64,000 nucleotides of DNA from Tubulanus polymorphus (Eukaryota; Animalia; Nemertea), in the NCBI RefSeq assembly GCF_964204645.1, contig NC_134028.1, forward strand, positions 11,331,263-11,395,262, written 5' to 3'. Position 1 is the stretch's first letter. Every line of letters starts with the position of its first letter. The notes under the pieces are model-generated. The model saw nothing but the letters and a program-made list of their open reading frames with translations. It was not told the DNA's origin and searched no databases. A program made the position numbers and the translations under genes. This document shows, in pieces, positions 62,921 to 64,000 of this stretch.

Positions 62921-63534
62921 TAAAGGTATTAAAATACATATTATGCTTTAAGTGAAAACATATAATTTATTCATTTTTATATTCTATTTATAAAATAAAA
63001 TTCTAATTTGAAATATTATAGAATTTTGAATGTGTATGAGTGGATGAGTTGGATGAATTGGATGAATGGATGAATATGGATGAGTGTAATAATATATGAT
63101 TTACACATGTTTTCATTTTAAAAAACAGTAAGAGTTTGATTTTAAGTTATTTATGCTATATTTAAATATTATTTTAATAAAATATATATATATATATATT
63201 TTGTTAAATTTAATATAGAATATAAATATTATAATTATACTCATAATATTCTTCCAATTCATGTGTTAAAAAGTAAAATATATATATTATTACACTCATC
63301 CATCCTCATCCACTCATCCATTCATCCAACTCATCCACTCATCCATCAATGTGTAAATTGAAATTGATCTTTTTCATTGTCAAACTTAATTTGAATTATG
63401 TAATTTATCATCTAATTCATGAAGATTCAATGTATTGTTCATTATTTGGGTCATTGTTCCATGATTCAATGAATTTCTTTGCTTTATCTAATTGCTCCAA
63501 ATATAACTGTAAATCTAGTTTGTTAGGTTTTTTT

Positions 63535-63999
63535 TTAATTTTCTTTCTTTTCGAGGGGCCTTAGATTCTTCCGATTCCATATCAATTTCTGGTTGTATTC
63601 ATCATTCATGTTAAATTTAGATACCGGTAACACATGATCTATTTGAAAATAATTTCCATAATTAATTATATTCATTTCATCATTGAACTGAAATATGATC
63701 CATAAAAATTTATCTGAACAATCCAATAAATTTGTTAGTTTTTCTGAGTGTGTATCTTTACTGAATAAATTTGATAATCTAATTCTCAAACATTGTTTCA
63801 ATTTAAAATTAAAATCTGTTCGACGCCTTTCTTTTTGATAATTATTATAATATTCATTAAAATGTTCTCTATTATTAGCTATACATTGTTTTTTCAGTGC
63901 TTTATATTTTTCTGAATTATTTGCTTGATATTGCTTAATCTTATCTTTGCGTGTTTCAATATTATTTCTATAATATTGTTTAACATATAGTTTACTACA
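63535..63999 (-). CDS. Giant-virus-type HNH / endonuclease VII-like protein, 5' end beyond the window, probably frameshifted at its 3' end
   Basis: Frame open from the window edge: Y..NN.E repeats, RRRTDFNFKL..LRIRL, NYGNYFQIDHVLPVSKF and NLRPLEKKEN. Confidence 0.75.
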   Translation of the reverse strand, partial: CSKLYVKQYYRNNIETRKDKIKQYQANNSEKYKALKKQCIANNREHFNEYYNNYQKERRRTDFNFKLKQCLRIRLSNLFSKDTHSEKLTNLLDCSDKFLWIIFQFNDEMNIINYGNYFQIDHVLPVSKFNMNDEYNQKLIWNRKNLRPLEKKEN

Positions 64000-64000
64000 A

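Larger units (their letters stand above)
60806..63423. repeat. Inverted repeat pair (60806-60949 / 63281-63423) enclosing a direct repeat (about 60884-61140 / 63036-63285)
   Basis: ttcatgaa.t.gatga.aaattacataattcaaattaagtttga...ggatgagtggatg on + at left and on - at right; aaaacagtaagagtttgattttaagttatt...catgtgttaaaaagtaa occurs twice. Confidence 0.85.
59068..64000. mobile_element. AT-rich virus-like (Polinton-like/NCLDV-like gene content) integrated element, running off the window
   Basis: Abrupt compositional shift at the palindrome; small intronless K/N/I-rich ORFs; zinc fingers and an HNH-like nuclease. No capsid, polymerase or integrase within the window. Confidence 0.65.

Overview
Eukaryotic (invertebrate animal-like) genomic DNA, repeat-rich. 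One host gene is present: a 14-exon NOL11 (nucleolar protein 11) orthologue on the + strand (ATG 15424, TGA 54296-54298, about 640 aa by manual splicing). It has one clear U12-type intron and a second intron with a U12-type donor. Left of the gene are a truncated DIRS/Ngaro-type retrotransposon with an SGNH-hydrolase ORF and a recent Gypsy LTR element with an extra C2H2 zinc-finger ORF. The introns hold an 8.4 kb Chapaev-like TIR element, a hAT with a 6-bp TSD, a Penelope remnant with a hammerhead-like motif, Helentron/HINE-like repeats, SINEs and MITEs. Right of the gene is a decayed BEL/Pao element. The most unusual observation is at the two window edges. At each edge a retrotransposon ORF is cut off exactly at a long imperfect palindrome (231-425 and 59068-59157). 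The two palindromes share sequence motifs and one conserved mismatch, and each is followed outward by very AT-rich DNA. On the right this DNA carries small intronless virus-like genes: zinc fingers, a giant-virus-type HNH nuclease and (T)AAATG starts. This suggests a family of hairpin-ended, virus-like integrative DNA elements. All calls were made by eye without database searches; repeat boundaries are approximate.
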